DNA of 59,535 nucleotides, filler included, from Dugesia japonica (lineage: Eukaryota), in NCBI GenBank assembly GCA_001938525.1. It is 5 parts of 5 records of this genome, joined end to end, with 100 filler letters (N's around TTAATTAATTAA, not from the genome) between each part and the next. Parts side by side here need not be neighbours in the genome. Positions count along the whole stretch, not along the records: positions 34,176 to 47,940 come from MQRL01631148.1; positions 48,041 to 59,535 come from MQRL01602944.1; 3 more parts are not named here. The stretch is one strand, 5' to 3'. Position 1 is the first letter of the stretch, and each line of letters starts with the position of its first letter. The notes beneath the pieces are model-generated. The model ran no database searches. It was not told the DNA's origin and saw nothing but the letters and a program-made list of their open reading frames with translations. Made by a program: the position numbers and the translations under genes. This document shows, piece after piece, positions 38,640 to 50,606 of the stretch.

Positions 38640-39247
38640 TAAATACCCAATTTCATTTGCATTTCTTTAATAACTTTACTTTGATTTTCAACTAATGATT
38701 TTAATGAAACATCTTCAGATTTATTTTTTACATGTTTATTATTAGAAATTATTTCATGAACTTCATTAACCATATTTTTACTTATTGATATTTCTTCGTC
38801 AGTTAGGATTTCATCATGTGCAGCTTTCTGTTGGAATAAAAATAATTTATTTTATATGGCTTCAAGTTTTATAATTAATTTTTCATATCTTTCTTTTCTT
38901 GATTTTATTACTGATGAATTTATTGTTCCTATAACAGGCAGCACGGAAATTGCACCTGTCAATACTGGGATGCCAATTGTGGCTAATGGAATGCCGATTG
39001 AGGCAATTAGAACGACACCCGCAATTCCAATGCCTGCACTAACAATTATTTGAGTAATTTTAATACTTGAATCAANNNNNNNNNNNNNNNNNNNNNNNNN
39101 NNNNNNNNNNNNNNNNNNNNNNNNNNNNNNNNNNTCATTCTCAAAATCTTTTATTCTTGATAATGATAATTTATTTTTTAAATCTAAAATTGTATAGTTT
39201 TTACTTTCTTCAATATTTGGATATAAACTTTCTGAATACTCACCCAT
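38640..39247 (-). pseudogene. Polinton membrane-type protein (SLYP..hydrophobic hairpin..KA..D..LTDEEI), internal stop
   Basis: ORF 39247-38852 with Gly-rich hydrophobic segment; frame continues after TAA as NKLFLFQQKAAHDEILTDEEIS. Confidence 0.6.
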
Positions 39248-40950
39248 TTTTTATAGGTGAAAAATTAGAATAAAAATCTTTTGCCAATTTTTCATCTTTC
39301 ATAATAATAATATTATCAATGTAAATATTTTTGTTGATATCTATGATTACTCTACCAATTGGTTCTTTTCGTATTATAATTTCTTCACTTGATATAATAA
39401 TTTTAAAGCTAGTATTTTCAGTAAAATTATATTTAAATATTTTCTTAGTATTATCAAGTTGTATCTCAATTTCAAAAGCATCTTTTTGAAAAAATCCTGT
39501 AAATATAAAATAAAATGGGGTAATAATATATCCAGTTAAATAATTAAAATATTTTTTTTCAATATAAAAATATAAAATTTCATTTTTAATTTCACATTTC
39601 CTGCCTCCTTCTCTATAAAATCTAATTGAAAATATCTTACCATCCGGTGGATTTGAAAGTGACATCACTGGAAGTTTATCATTTAATTTTTTATTAATAG
39701 TAATAATAAAAACTATAGTTGCTATATATTTTTGTTGTAATAAATCTTTCATATCAAATGCTGGTAAACAGTTCTTAATTATATGCCCTAAGAATAGAAA
39801 GTATTTCTCCGCAAAGTTTTATTATATTCTTTTAAAAAATCATTAAAAGTTTTAATATAGGTTTTATGAAGAATTGGTTTTATTTTTTCAAATTCTAATA
39901 ATGCTTTAGCTACAGGACCCATTCCACTTTTGATCATGCAATCATGAAATTCATAATTTGGAGGTAAAATTATTTTAATAACTTTTGGAGAAGTAGGTGA
40001 TTCTATTGTTTTGCACATAATAAATCTTAAAGCAAGATCATATTTAAATATTTTCTTAACACCATCAATTTCTATAATAAATTCAAGAGATTTAACTTTT
40101 AAATAATTAAAACCTAAAAATTTAAAATGTAAAAGTTTAGGAAAAGTCCCAAATAGGACAATTTCTAAAGGCTCTTTAATTAAACTTGATGATAATTGAT
40201 ATAGATTTCTTTTAAATTCATAATCAGTTATAAATTTATAAGGCTCACAATATATGCGTCCACTATAGATAAAGTAAAATATTTCATCAATGTGGTTTAT
40301 ATTTCCAGGGAATTTTTCTTTGTTTTTTTTCAATTGATGGAAAATAATTATAAAGTATTTGTTTAAATTTATACAAAGAATGTTCAGATTTATTTTTTCT
40401 AAATTCTTGAATTAAAGTATTAATTTTCTTAATATCAATGTCATGAAGTTCATGTTTTTTTTTCAAATTCTTTAATTAAAGGATCAATTTGCGCCATAAA
40501 AATTTTCAATTTTAAATTCAATTGTTGAGTAGTTAATAAATATTTATCAAAAGTTTTCTTATTTAAAATATTAATTTTCTCGAATAATTCCCCAATTTCT
40601 TTTTTAAATTTAGGGGTGGAAGCCATTTCTTTTATTAATGGAAATTTAGAGAATAAATCACTTTTGTTATGTGGATTAGAGTTTTTATCATCAGGTTTAT
40701 TAGATGTAAAGTTATCAATCTTTAAAAAAAGTTTTTCAATTTTATCTTCTAAGTTTTTAACGTATTTTAAATTAACTGCATCTTTTAAATCTATAGGGTC
40801 ATCTTTTATTTTTAAAGTTGTTATTGAGTCTCCAGTTTCATTAACAAATTTATTTTCATTTTTAGATTCTGATATTCTTATTTTAGAATCAACATGTTTT
40901 ATTAATTCTGAACTATTAACATTAAATAAACTTTCTCCAAATTTGTTCAT
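39240..40950 (-). pseudogene. probable single fibre-like protein split by frameshifts
   Basis: N-terminal DPIDLKDAVNLKYV fibre/stalk-like motif; frames rejoin at A-runs near 40455 and 40325 and again near 39810; duplicated C-terminal domain. Confidence 0.55.
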
Positions 40951-40967
40951 TTTTTATAAATAAATTA

Positions 40968-41100
40968 TGCCCACGCAGTGGGGCTATTAATTCCATAATA
41001 TTAAGATTTAATGTGTCATCCCTAAACGATTTATCGTAATGGAGTGACACACTTAATTACTAACATTTGAGATTTAACAAAGCCCACTTCGTGGGGCTAT
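40968..41100. repeat. Polinton intergenic repeat module, copy 3
   Basis: gcccacgcagtggggc..tgtgtcatccctaaacgatttatcgtaatggagtgacaca..gcccacttcgtggggc. Confidence 0.85.
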
Positions 41101-41149
41101 AATTTATTTATAATTTCAGGGGTCCGACTAAATATTTAATCTTTATAAA

Positions 41150-41619
41150 ATGGAAAATATAATTTATTAGATTTCTTAAAAACTTTTGGAATTAATACAA
41201 CTACAAATTTTGATTTATATTCAATAGCTGATTTTTTAAATTTAGATTTATAGATTTGTATGAAAAATGAGATTGCCGAATGTTTTGAATTAAACTTAAA
41301 AGAATCAAAAAAGGAAGGCAAGCCTTCCTATTATATTTTTAATTATCAAAATTCAAATCAAAAAGGAACTCATTGGGTTTGTTATAGTAATGGATTTTAT
41401 TTTGATTCTTTTGGATTAAAACCTTTAGATGATATTGAAAAAATTACAAAAAAATATAACGAAATTCGGGTTCAACATTTTGGTACAAAAATTTGTGGAA
41501 TTTTATGCATTTATTTTTTATATAAATTGAACGAACGAAGTGAGTTCACTGAGATAATAAATGAAATGAAAAATTTATATGATAAATTAGGAGGCGAAGC
41601 CTCCTTTGTTACTGCCTAA
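41150..41619 (+). pseudogene. adenain-like cysteine protease (maturation protease)
   Basis: GTHWV, YFDSFG, VQHFGTKICGILC; 5' part has a frameshift and stop; intact ORF 41260-41619. Confidence 0.9.
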
Positions 41620-41690
41620 TATTTGGGAATAAATGTGTCAATCCATTACGACAATACATTGTTAAATTAGTCGTCCCGGGGACGACACAT
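41590..41690. repeat. Polinton intergenic repeat module, copy 4 (inverted)
   Basis: ggaggcgaagcctcc..tgtgtcaatccattacga..gtcgtcccggggacgac. Confidence 0.75.
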
Positions 41691-41717
41691 TTTATTATTA
41701 AGAATTAATATTAAAGT

Positions 41718-42377
41718 CTATACTTTCTTAAATGAACGTATTGAAATCATCTCTTGGTTAAAATCAATTGTATTAAAGTTTACATCAACAGCATTAAATC
41801 TTAAACTATCAATGTACTTTGTATTAATTTTAGAATAGATTGGAAATGAAGGTCTTTCAATAATTTTAAATCCAAANNNNNNNNNNNNNNNNNNNNNNNN
41901 NNNNNNNNNNNNNNNNNNNNNNNNNNNNNNNNNNNNAGATTTTACATAATTACCTTTAACGATATTACAAGTTAAATTTATCATATTAATATTTGAGATG
42001 TCAATTTTATTATCTGAATAATATTTTCCTTCACCATAAGATTTTACATTAAATCCTAAAATTTTATGAAAAAAAGATTTATCATTAAAAGTTAATGTGT
42101 TGGTTATTTTCATGTAACATTTTGTTGTTGATGTATCTGCTGAAACTTCTATTCCATATTTTTCTAATCTAGATGATATTTCTTTTATTTCGTAAGCTCC
42201 GGGTTCAATCTTATCTTTAGTATTAAATTTATTATTTTCATTTGTAATGTTAAAAATAATATTGTAACATGTAAAACAAATTAATCCTAATTCATANNNN
42301 NNNNNNNNNNNNNNNNNNNNNNNNNNNNNNAATTTTAAATCTTGTTCTTTACCAACTATTAAGAATTGATGACTCAT
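41718..42377 (-). CDS. Polinton minor capsid protein (penton, single jelly-roll)
   Basis: YELGL, YNIIFNITNENNKF, IEPGAYEIKEI, CNIVKGNY, GFKIIERP..PIY, IDFN. Confidence 0.88.
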   Translation of the reverse strand: MSHQFLIVGKEQDLKXXXXXXXXXXXXYELGLICFTCYNIIFNITNENNKFNTKDKIEPGAYEIKEISSRLEKYGIEVSADTSTTKCYMKITNTLTFNDKSFFHKILGFNVKSYGEGKYYSDNKIDISNINMINLTCNIVKGNYVKSXXXXXXXXXXXXXXXXXXXXFGFKIIERPSFPIYSKINTKYIDSLRFNAVDVNFNTIDFNQEMISIRSFKKV

Positions 42378-42395
42378 TTATTATAATAAAATTAT

Positions 42396-42625
42396 AGCTT
42401 GCGAAGCAAGCTTTGTTAAATCTCAAATCTATAAATAAAATTATGTCCACGTAGTTTTCTTAGTAATTAATGTGTCATTCCCAAAACGATTTATCGTAAT
42501 GGATTGACACACTTAGATCTTAATATTTGGATTTAATAAAACCTGCTACGCAGGCTAAATTTATTAGAATTTGACACACTTAGATTTACATTAGGATTTA
42601 ATAAAGCCTGCTGCGCAGGCTAATT
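42396..42625. repeat. Polinton intergenic repeat module, copy 5 (partly duplicated)
   Basis: agcttgcgaagcaagct..tgtgtcattcccaaaacgatttatcgtaatggattgacaca..cctgctacgcagg..agcctgctgcgcaggct. Confidence 0.85.
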
Positions 42626-42650
42626 TTCAAAAACACCATGCAGGGCGCTA

Positions 42651-43607
42651 TTAATTAGAGAAATATTTATCCTTATATTTATCATAAATTTTATTAGAAA
42701 TTAATCCCATCATCTTTAATTTTTTACAAGTTTTTTTAATATCATTTTCTAAATTATCATGTCCAGATTTTACAGCAGAAATTAATAATGTTAACTTTTC
42801 AAATAAATCTATTGGTCCAAGAGAACTTCCTGTTTTAGGTATTAATAATGATTTTAAATAATTACAATAATCATTATCCTCAGGTGGTTTTATTATTTCA
42901 GTTAAATATAAATTAATTAAATTTTTAGTTTCGTCATCATTTATATTCTCCTTGGTAAAATTTCCTGTAACTATTTTACCGAAATCTTCTGAATAATAGT
43001 GAGTATTATTGTTAACTGAAAAAAATTTATTATTAATATTCTCAAAGAAAATTATTCTCACTTTTGGATTTTTAAATATTAGTGAATGATATTTTTTACC
43101 ACTAGTTTTTGCTGTATATTTATCTTTAACGGGAGCTATTGTTGGTGGTTTTAATTTGTCATAATTAATTTTTAAATCTGGATCAAATGGTTTTGTTTGT
43201 TTAGAATTTAAAAATTTAAGAATTTTTTCATCTAATTCAATTTCTGATTTGGGTTGTGATATTGATTGTTCTGGTTCTAATTCTGCTTGTGGTTGTGATG
43301 TTGATGGTTGTGGTTCTAGTTCTAGATGTGATGTTGTTGGTTGTGGTTCTAATACTTGTGGCTCTAATACTTCTGATTTTGATTTTGATTTTGATTCATG
43401 TTCTGATAGTGATTCATATTTTGGTTCTGATAGTGGTTCTTGTTGAGGTTCTATATCTGTTTCAAAATCTGTTGTTACATCTGCTTCAGTTGCTGGGGCA
43501 GATTTAGTTGCTTTTATATTTCTTTTAGGTTTATCCTTAACAACTACTTTTCTAAATTTCTTTTTTAAATTTAAACAATAATCACTATTAGTTGGAGCTG
43601 GAGTTAT
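42651..43607 (-). pseudogene. PZ-like Polinton protein, 5' truncated
   Basis: C-terminal DLFEKLTLLISAVKSGHD..DI....L...GLIS resembles the conserved Polinton L.ERL.LL....AGN motif; P/E/S-rich repeats. Confidence 0.6.
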
Positions 43608-46600
43608 AAGTATAAAGTAATTTATAATTTCCTTGTCCAACTAATGGATCTAATTGATTATATACAAAATCATACAAAACATATTTCGCATGTTCTAAAA
43701 TTGTAAATCCAATATAAGGAAATTTGTTGTAATATAAATTTGATTTTGTCATATGCATTGCTGCTACATTTGCTTCACATTCATCATTTATTGTAAATAT
43801 TTTACTTGATTTAAATGTTAATTTTGAAGCGAATTTCTGATAATCTTTATCACTGTCAACTATTTCCACATCACATCGATTCCTAATATTTTCTAAAGTT
43901 TTTCCATAATAAGCATTCAACATTAATTTATAAATGTGATCGCCTGATGCATCATGNTTTGCTTTGGCTTCTCTTCTTAAAGCTATTAATTTATAAACAT
44001 ATTCTTTAAACCATGGAGATGTTTTCATTTTAAACTTTTTATGAATCTTTTTTATTTTCATTCCTATTTTAAGATATAAATCTAATGTCGATCCTAATGT
44101 CACATAATTTTTTTTATCAAATTGATTTAGTAATAATTTTATATTTTCTTTTCCTAATTTCCTATTAAATCCTTTTTGATAATTACTTAACATTTCTTCT
44201 TGAATATTTAATCTTTCTGGACATAATGGAAAGTATCTAGTTTTCTCATGAATTTGAACTGGGTATTCTAAATCCACTTCATAAATATAATTCATTGTAT
44301 CTGTTGCTTTTTCATATGTTAAGTCGCCGCTAGGTTCCATTAAATTAGTTATTTCTGTTATTTCTCCTGTTGGAAGTGGCATTGTCATACAAGATGCATA
44401 TAAAGAATTTTCATCAATATATTTTATAAAAGTTTCTTCAAAATAATCATCTGGAACATTTTCTCCTTCACTTATTAATTTAAGTAGATCTTCAAGTTCT
44501 GCTTTATTTATTTGTTTTATAGATAAATCACTATTTGCAAATATTTGTCTTTCACTTAATTCACTTGATACTCCTCCACGAATTCCTTCTTCAATTGTTA
44601 AAAATGTATTATAGGTTTCTGGTTTTGCATATTTAAGTCTCACACCTGAAAAATAATTACCAACTTCCCAAGCATATCCTGGCATTGAATATGAATAACA
44701 AGGATCCAATTTAAAGATTCCATTCATACATTTATTTCTNNNNNNNNNNNNNNNNNNNNNNNNNNNNNNNNNNNNNNNNNNNNNNNNNNNNNNNNNNNNN
44801 NNCCACATATTTTTAAATTGTAAATAATCTATTAAAAATTCATCATGTTGATTGTTGGATATTTCTTTTTGTCTTAATGTATTATAGAAATCTTTTTTAG
44901 TTGGTGTTTTCTTTTTTTTTAATAATTTTTCAACTTCATGAATATCTTTTCCTTTTACATATTCATAGGGAAATAAAGCTTTTTTAGGTTTTAATCTAAA
45001 TGAATTTAAGATTGGATAATTATTTGTTTGAGTTAATAATTCCCCCATTTTTTCTACTGGTGTGAATGGAATTAATCTATTGGAATCAAGGAATCTAATA
45101 TTTCCAAATTGAAATGAAATGTAATTTTCAGAATTATGGGGAATTATTTTTTGTTCTTTTCCTGGGGAATATGTTAATAATTCCTTGAAAAATAAATGAG
45201 TATCGTATCCTGATAAATTATGAAAATAAAATGGAACAAATAAATTATCTCCACAAGATCTATCATTAAAATTACATTCTTTGCAAACCCATCCACGAAA
45301 TCTTCCATTGAAATGATTATGATCAATTACTTCATCTTTAACTTTTTTATCACAATATCTACATTTAATATTTGGATTGAATGCTGGATGATTTGTTCCT
45401 CTATAATATTTTATTAATTTATTATTTTTAATATCATTTATTTTTTCATTCATCTCATCTAAAAACTTAAACATTTCTCGATGAGTATTTTCTCCTGAAA
45501 ACTCATAGTATTTACTTTGTAATAAAAGTGGATAAGAAGATTTCACATAAATTCCTAAAGATAAAGTTTTTTGTTTTTTAGTTTCAGTATCAGTATAAGC
45601 TTCGAAATCTCCACAAATGAAAAATGGAACTTTATTTTTCTGATAATATTTATTGAATTTATAATATTCTTCTTTTGGAAATTTAATATTATTTGGTTTG
45701 TGATTTATACAAAGTTCTTGAGGTTTATTTAAATATTCTTCACTTCGATAACGATTCATGCATCTCACACATAAATGATTTTGATTTCCATTTGTTGCAA
45801 AGAATACATTAACATCTCTACATAAAATATAATGATCTTTGTAAACTAATAAATTACATTTCTTTTCATTTGGATTTGGTTTTGGATTATGATGAGAAAT
45901 ACATAATGGCTCAAGTTTTTTAATGGTGTTTACTCCAAATACATTTACATTCCAATTATTCAAATTTTCAAATTTTTTCACATCACAAATATTTAATGGC
46001 AAATGTAAATCTTCATAATTTAATTCATTTAAATATTGAATATAATTACTCACTCTTGTTGGATTTTGGAAAATATATTTGTGGGCTAAAACTGAATATA
46101 AGAAACATTTACTATCGTGATTTTCAATGTTAATTATCCCCGGTTTTTTAAATGGTAATTTTTGATATGTTGCTCCAACTAATGATTGATATTTATGCAA
46201 TTCAATTTTGTAATCCACAATATTTTCAAATGTCCATCCTGATCCTTCTCTATCAGAATCTTGGATATAATTTTCTAATTTTATTATTGTTGGAATAAGA
46301 ATTAAATTCTTTTTCAACTAATTCATTATTAATCATTTTTGTATATTTACCTTTTACTACCATATTCACAATTATTTGTTTACCAAATTTAAAATATTTT
46401 GTAATAATATCTTGACACTCATTTTTAAATATTTTAATATCTTGAATTTTTTCTGGAATTGTTTGTTCAACTTTTTTTATCATTTCAACTTTGCTTTCTT
46501 TGAAATATTTAATTTCATAATTTTCATACATTGTTAAAATATTACGAATTTCAACAGGATATAAAACTGCTTCATCTTGTGGTAATTCATTCAATCCAAA

Positions 46601-46903
46601 TATATTTAATCTTCGTTTATGTTTTACAGAATTATAATGCGCTCTTGCAAGATTTTGAAATTTAAATTTTTTATTACAAGATACACAATGTAAAGATACA
46701 ATTCTTTCATTGCCGCAATTTGATGAATCTAAATGATTCTGTAAACCACTTTGTGTATTGAAGGATTTATTACATCCATCCTTTGGACATTTAATTCTTG
46801 TTGTTGGAATCACACAAGTTCTTGAATTAACATGACTTGTGTAACCCGCTCTATTTTTAAACACCTTATGACAATGATTGCATTGGGGGGTTAAACTACT
46901 CAT
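43608..46903 (-). pseudogene. polB: protein-primed family B DNA polymerase with N-terminal C2H2 fingers and EndoVII-like insert; C-terminally truncated
   Basis: GSGW, DSKCFLYSVLA, CGDFEA, DHNHFNGRFRGWVCKECN, FHNLSGYDTH, RFLDS, FPYEY, IRGGVS, YIDENSLY, YKLMLNAYYGKT; frameshift near 46300 joins the zinc-finger ORF; ends at LLYT. Confidence 0.95.
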
Positions 46904-47164
46904 TTTCTAGAGGGTTAATTTAATCACACGATTATTTTTTTTATTTTTGGAATTTTTTGATTTAAGATTTATGATTTATTTTTGTATTTTTATTTTTACA
47001 TATTAAATCATATTTTTTAAATAACCACATTCAAGATTTAAGATTTAGATTTTATTTGAGAAAATAATCCAAAAATTATAAGTTAAAAATAATGAAAATT
47101 TATAATTTATTTTCGGAATTATTTTCGCCAGCAAAATACCCATTCCGGATTTGGGAAATTTACA

Positions 47165-47777
47165 TCATCCTCTAAAAATAAAATTCCTCTAAAAATTAAG
47201 ATTTTATTTTTTAGATTTTACATTAGGATTTTACATTAGGATTTTAATGTGACAATTCAAAACTGAAATTTGATGTGACAATTTTAATCTGAAATTTGAT
47301 GTGACAATTCAAAACTGAAATTTGATTTGGCATTTTATTTTTGAGATTTTAATGTGACAATTTAATGTGACATTTTAAAACTGAAATTTGATGTGACTTT
47401 TTAAGGTGACATTTAAAACTGAAATTTGATTTGGCATTTTATTTTTGAGATTTTAATGTGACAATTTATTTTGAGATTTGATTTGGCATTTTGATGTGAC
47501 ATTTTTAATGTGACATTTTATTTTTGAGATTTTAATGAGACATTTCAAAACTGACTCCAATTTCAATATTTCGAGATTTAATATTTAAGATTTGGATTTT
47601 ATTTTATTTTTTAGATTTTATTCCGATATTTTAAATTTAACATTTAACATTTAAGATTTTAATGCGGAATCTGACATTTAGCATTTAAGTGGTACAGTTT
47701 AAAACCGGCTCCAAAATCCTAATATTTCGGGATTCTAGGGTACCCCCATGATGCTAAAAAGTCATTTACCTATTACT
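47165..47777. repeat. Polinton right TIR with subterminal tandem repeats (aatgtgaca, ctgaaatttgat)
   Basis: Short tandem units; terminus and cctctaaaaataaaattcctctaaa match the reverse complement of 57299-58102. Confidence 0.85.
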
Positions 47778-47940
47778 TATATATATATATATATATATAT
47801 GTTGCGTGTATATTTGATTTTCAAGTAAAAAAATTATTAGTAAATTAAAAGCTTCACAAAAAAGTCAAAAAAAATTTTAAATCCGAAAAATTTAAAAATT
47901 GAAAATATTAAAAGTAGCGCGATAATTTAAAACAATTCAA

Positions 47941-48040
47941 NNNNNNNNNNNNNNNNNNNNNNNNNNNNNNNNNNNNNNNNNNNNTTAATTAATTAANNNN
48001 NNNNNNNNNNNNNNNNNNNNNNNNNNNNNNNNNNNNNNNN
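47941..48040. other. artificial contig-joining spacer
   Basis: 44N+TTAATTAATTAA+44N. Confidence 0.97.
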
Positions 48041-50064
48041 ATATCTATTTTCCGATCGAATACTGTGTTTTATTTATACTTTTAGTGGACGAAAATAAAT
48101 TAGTTTGAAAATGTCAAAATTTTTAATTGTCAATTTTCTTTCACTCAATATTTGGTCACTATTACTTATAAATAAAAGTATCAGCATCTTTTAAAGAAAG
48201 TTCATGACTCCATAAAATATTATAAGACAAATATATAGATAATTATATTAATAATTCAATTTTATAAAATCATCTCTATTTAAATGAAATTTTGTCTAAT
48301 TAGTGCTGCATTTACATATCTTCTCAATCAAAATTCACCGTTTAGGATAAATGCGCTTTGGCATTAAATGATTCTTTACTTTGGGTCCAGATTTTCTTTG
48401 TAAAATTTCCTCGTTAGTTTTCCCATCACAAATCTTCTTAATATTATCGTAGACTGTATCATTGGCTATTTCTTTCACGTAATTACCATTATTGTATTAT
48501 TTTTATTGTTAGTATAGCGCGTTTTTTCTTTTTGTTGTTGATGAAACAATTAAATGATCTTCGCTTGGATGTTTATCATATCAATAATAGCTGATATTAG
48601 AAAAAATAATATTTATTATAACAGAAATAATTGATGATTTTAGTGATCGTTTTTATTCATTGCGCTGTTATCTTACAAATTTTGGCTTAATTAAATTTTT
48701 TTAATTAAATAATTAATTTGGTTTTGTGTATTCCTTCGTTTTGTTCTGTTTGTCTGGGTTATGGCTATTTGATTCTTTAGTCTCATGACATGGTTTTCAT
48801 AATAGAGCCTGGACGTCATTCTGTAAAATTTCATAATTAAGATATATTCTCTTTCTCATATTAGGTAATTTTATAATGTGATGGGTTTAACAAATTAAAT
48901 TATTTTACAATATGAACTAACTATTTTTTGTTTTATATAATATTATTTTGAGCTTAAATACCCCCTCCAGATTTGCATTCTGTAAGTGTTCTTTGATTAC
49001 ATTTTACTGCTTTCTTTTTCCACATGATACAACTTTTACTTTTCTCACTATGATCATTTCTACATATTCTGTTACGTCATTCAATTTCTCTTTTTCTGAT
49101 CCATCCATTTTATACACACTCATTTACTATTATTATACTCTACTATTACATTTCGATTTAAGATTATTTACAGATTATTCTCACTGCTCGTTACCACACA
49201 CTTCTTCCGGCCCTTCTCTTAGGGGTACTGGTTCTCACCATAACCTTGGTAAAATATAAGTATTTATCCGCTAATTCCAATGATTCGTGGCTAATTTTGG
49301 GCTTCAGATATTGTATTTTCTTTGCTTTTATACGCAACATTATTATAGTTAATAACACCATTGTTGCTAATATTCCACTGACTCNTCTAATGAGTCTTGT
49401 TGACGATCCTTCATCTGTTTCCGATGTAGTCATTTCCGTAGATGCTTCTTCCAACTGTTTCAAATTCGCTGGTTTGATTTTTTGTTCGTTGGTTTTTACC
49501 ATCTTTTTCATCAACCTATCGATAATATCGTTTCCTTTCCTGATTTAGCACTCTTGTCTGAAATTCAGATTCTCAGTTGACTTTTATTTCCATTTTACAA
49601 TGACTCGTTTCAATTATCTCTCTGTTGGGGTGAAACACCTGATGTTTGAAGAAAATTGAGGCCGAGGACTGAAAACATAAACTAATAAAGAAGGGTGAAT
49701 CAAAAAGTAAGTCCATTAAGAATAAATGGAGTAGAGAATTCGCTGGGCAACAAGTAATTGAAATAACGGGTAACATATAACGAAAACGAAGAAAAATGAG
49801 TATGAAGATCCTCAATGAACAAATGTAACCCCCATCAAAGTATTAATTAGGAAAATTATTAAATTAATATTAAATTACAAGAAAACTGTTATTGGAGAAG
49901 AATTAATTATTGAAGAAATATTAATTAATTTTTTAACGAGAATATAAATTTAAATTAGTCAAAAATCGGTTTTTCCTAAATATCTCGGGATCGGATAATC
50001 ATAAAACTAAGGGACAAGAAAATTTGGAAAGAAAATGATCAGACACAATGAAATTTGGTATGAA

Positions 50065-50310
50065 GAAAATCTTACTACCATCAAGAAGGTTGCTCCAAGG
50101 ATTTGAAGTTTAGGCCAATAATGAACTTGAAAATAAAAATAAAACAAAGGAATGACAATTAGATGACATTCCAAAAATAGCTACCAATAGAAACTTCAAA
50201 AACCCATAAAAAATCTTGAAAATTCACTCCAGAACCAATATAGCACCGTAAAAATAACTACTCAATGTAGAACAAGTCGGGGTGGAAACAGAAATGGTAT
50301 ATATTGCATC
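50065..50310 (+). promoter_or_regulatory. putative Pol II promoter in left arm of element B
   Basis: CCAAT 50115, 50184, 50235; ggggtg..gaaatggTATATAT at 50298; aligns with 14030-14285. Confidence 0.5.
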
Positions 50311-50589
50311 GAAATTTAGACGAAAAACAGTCATTTTTTACAAACTTGTGTCCATACATTATTACGTATCGACCACCTTTTATTATTTTAAAGAAACGTC
50401 GCCACGAGAATACTAACTCAATCAGTCAGCAATTAAAATGTGTAAGATCATCACCTTGGAAAAATTTAATAATCGGAATATATTTTAAATTATAGAGTGA
50501 CATCGTTAGATCATAGCAAGAAGAGGATCGATAGAAATCACAAATAATTAGAACCAGGAAATGGTACTTTAAACTCCTCACCGTTGCAG

Positions 50590-50606
50590 AAATTCAAATT
50601 TACTCA
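50590..50606 (+). other. putative leader micro-exon (element B, plus strand)
   Basis: ctcaccgttgcAG|aaattcaaatttactcA|GTAAGT. Confidence 0.55.

Larger units (their letters stand above)
34176..47777. mobile_element. Polinton/Maverick (adintovirus-like) element, left part missing, decayed
   Basis: MCP, PLA2, integrase, ATPase, adenain protease, penton, PZ-like and pPolB genes; subterminal repeats; right terminus ...gctaaaaagtcatttacctattaCT. Confidence 0.96.

Noticed and set aside
43249-43507. Cys/Gly-rich and Val/Leu-rich plus-strand ORFs
   Set aside because: Antisense shadows of the P/E/S/Q repeats in the minus-strand PZ-like gene
48948-49620. Retroelement gag-like remnant flanking element B
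   Set aside because: Purine-rich minus strand is suggestive but no clear motif; left unannotated
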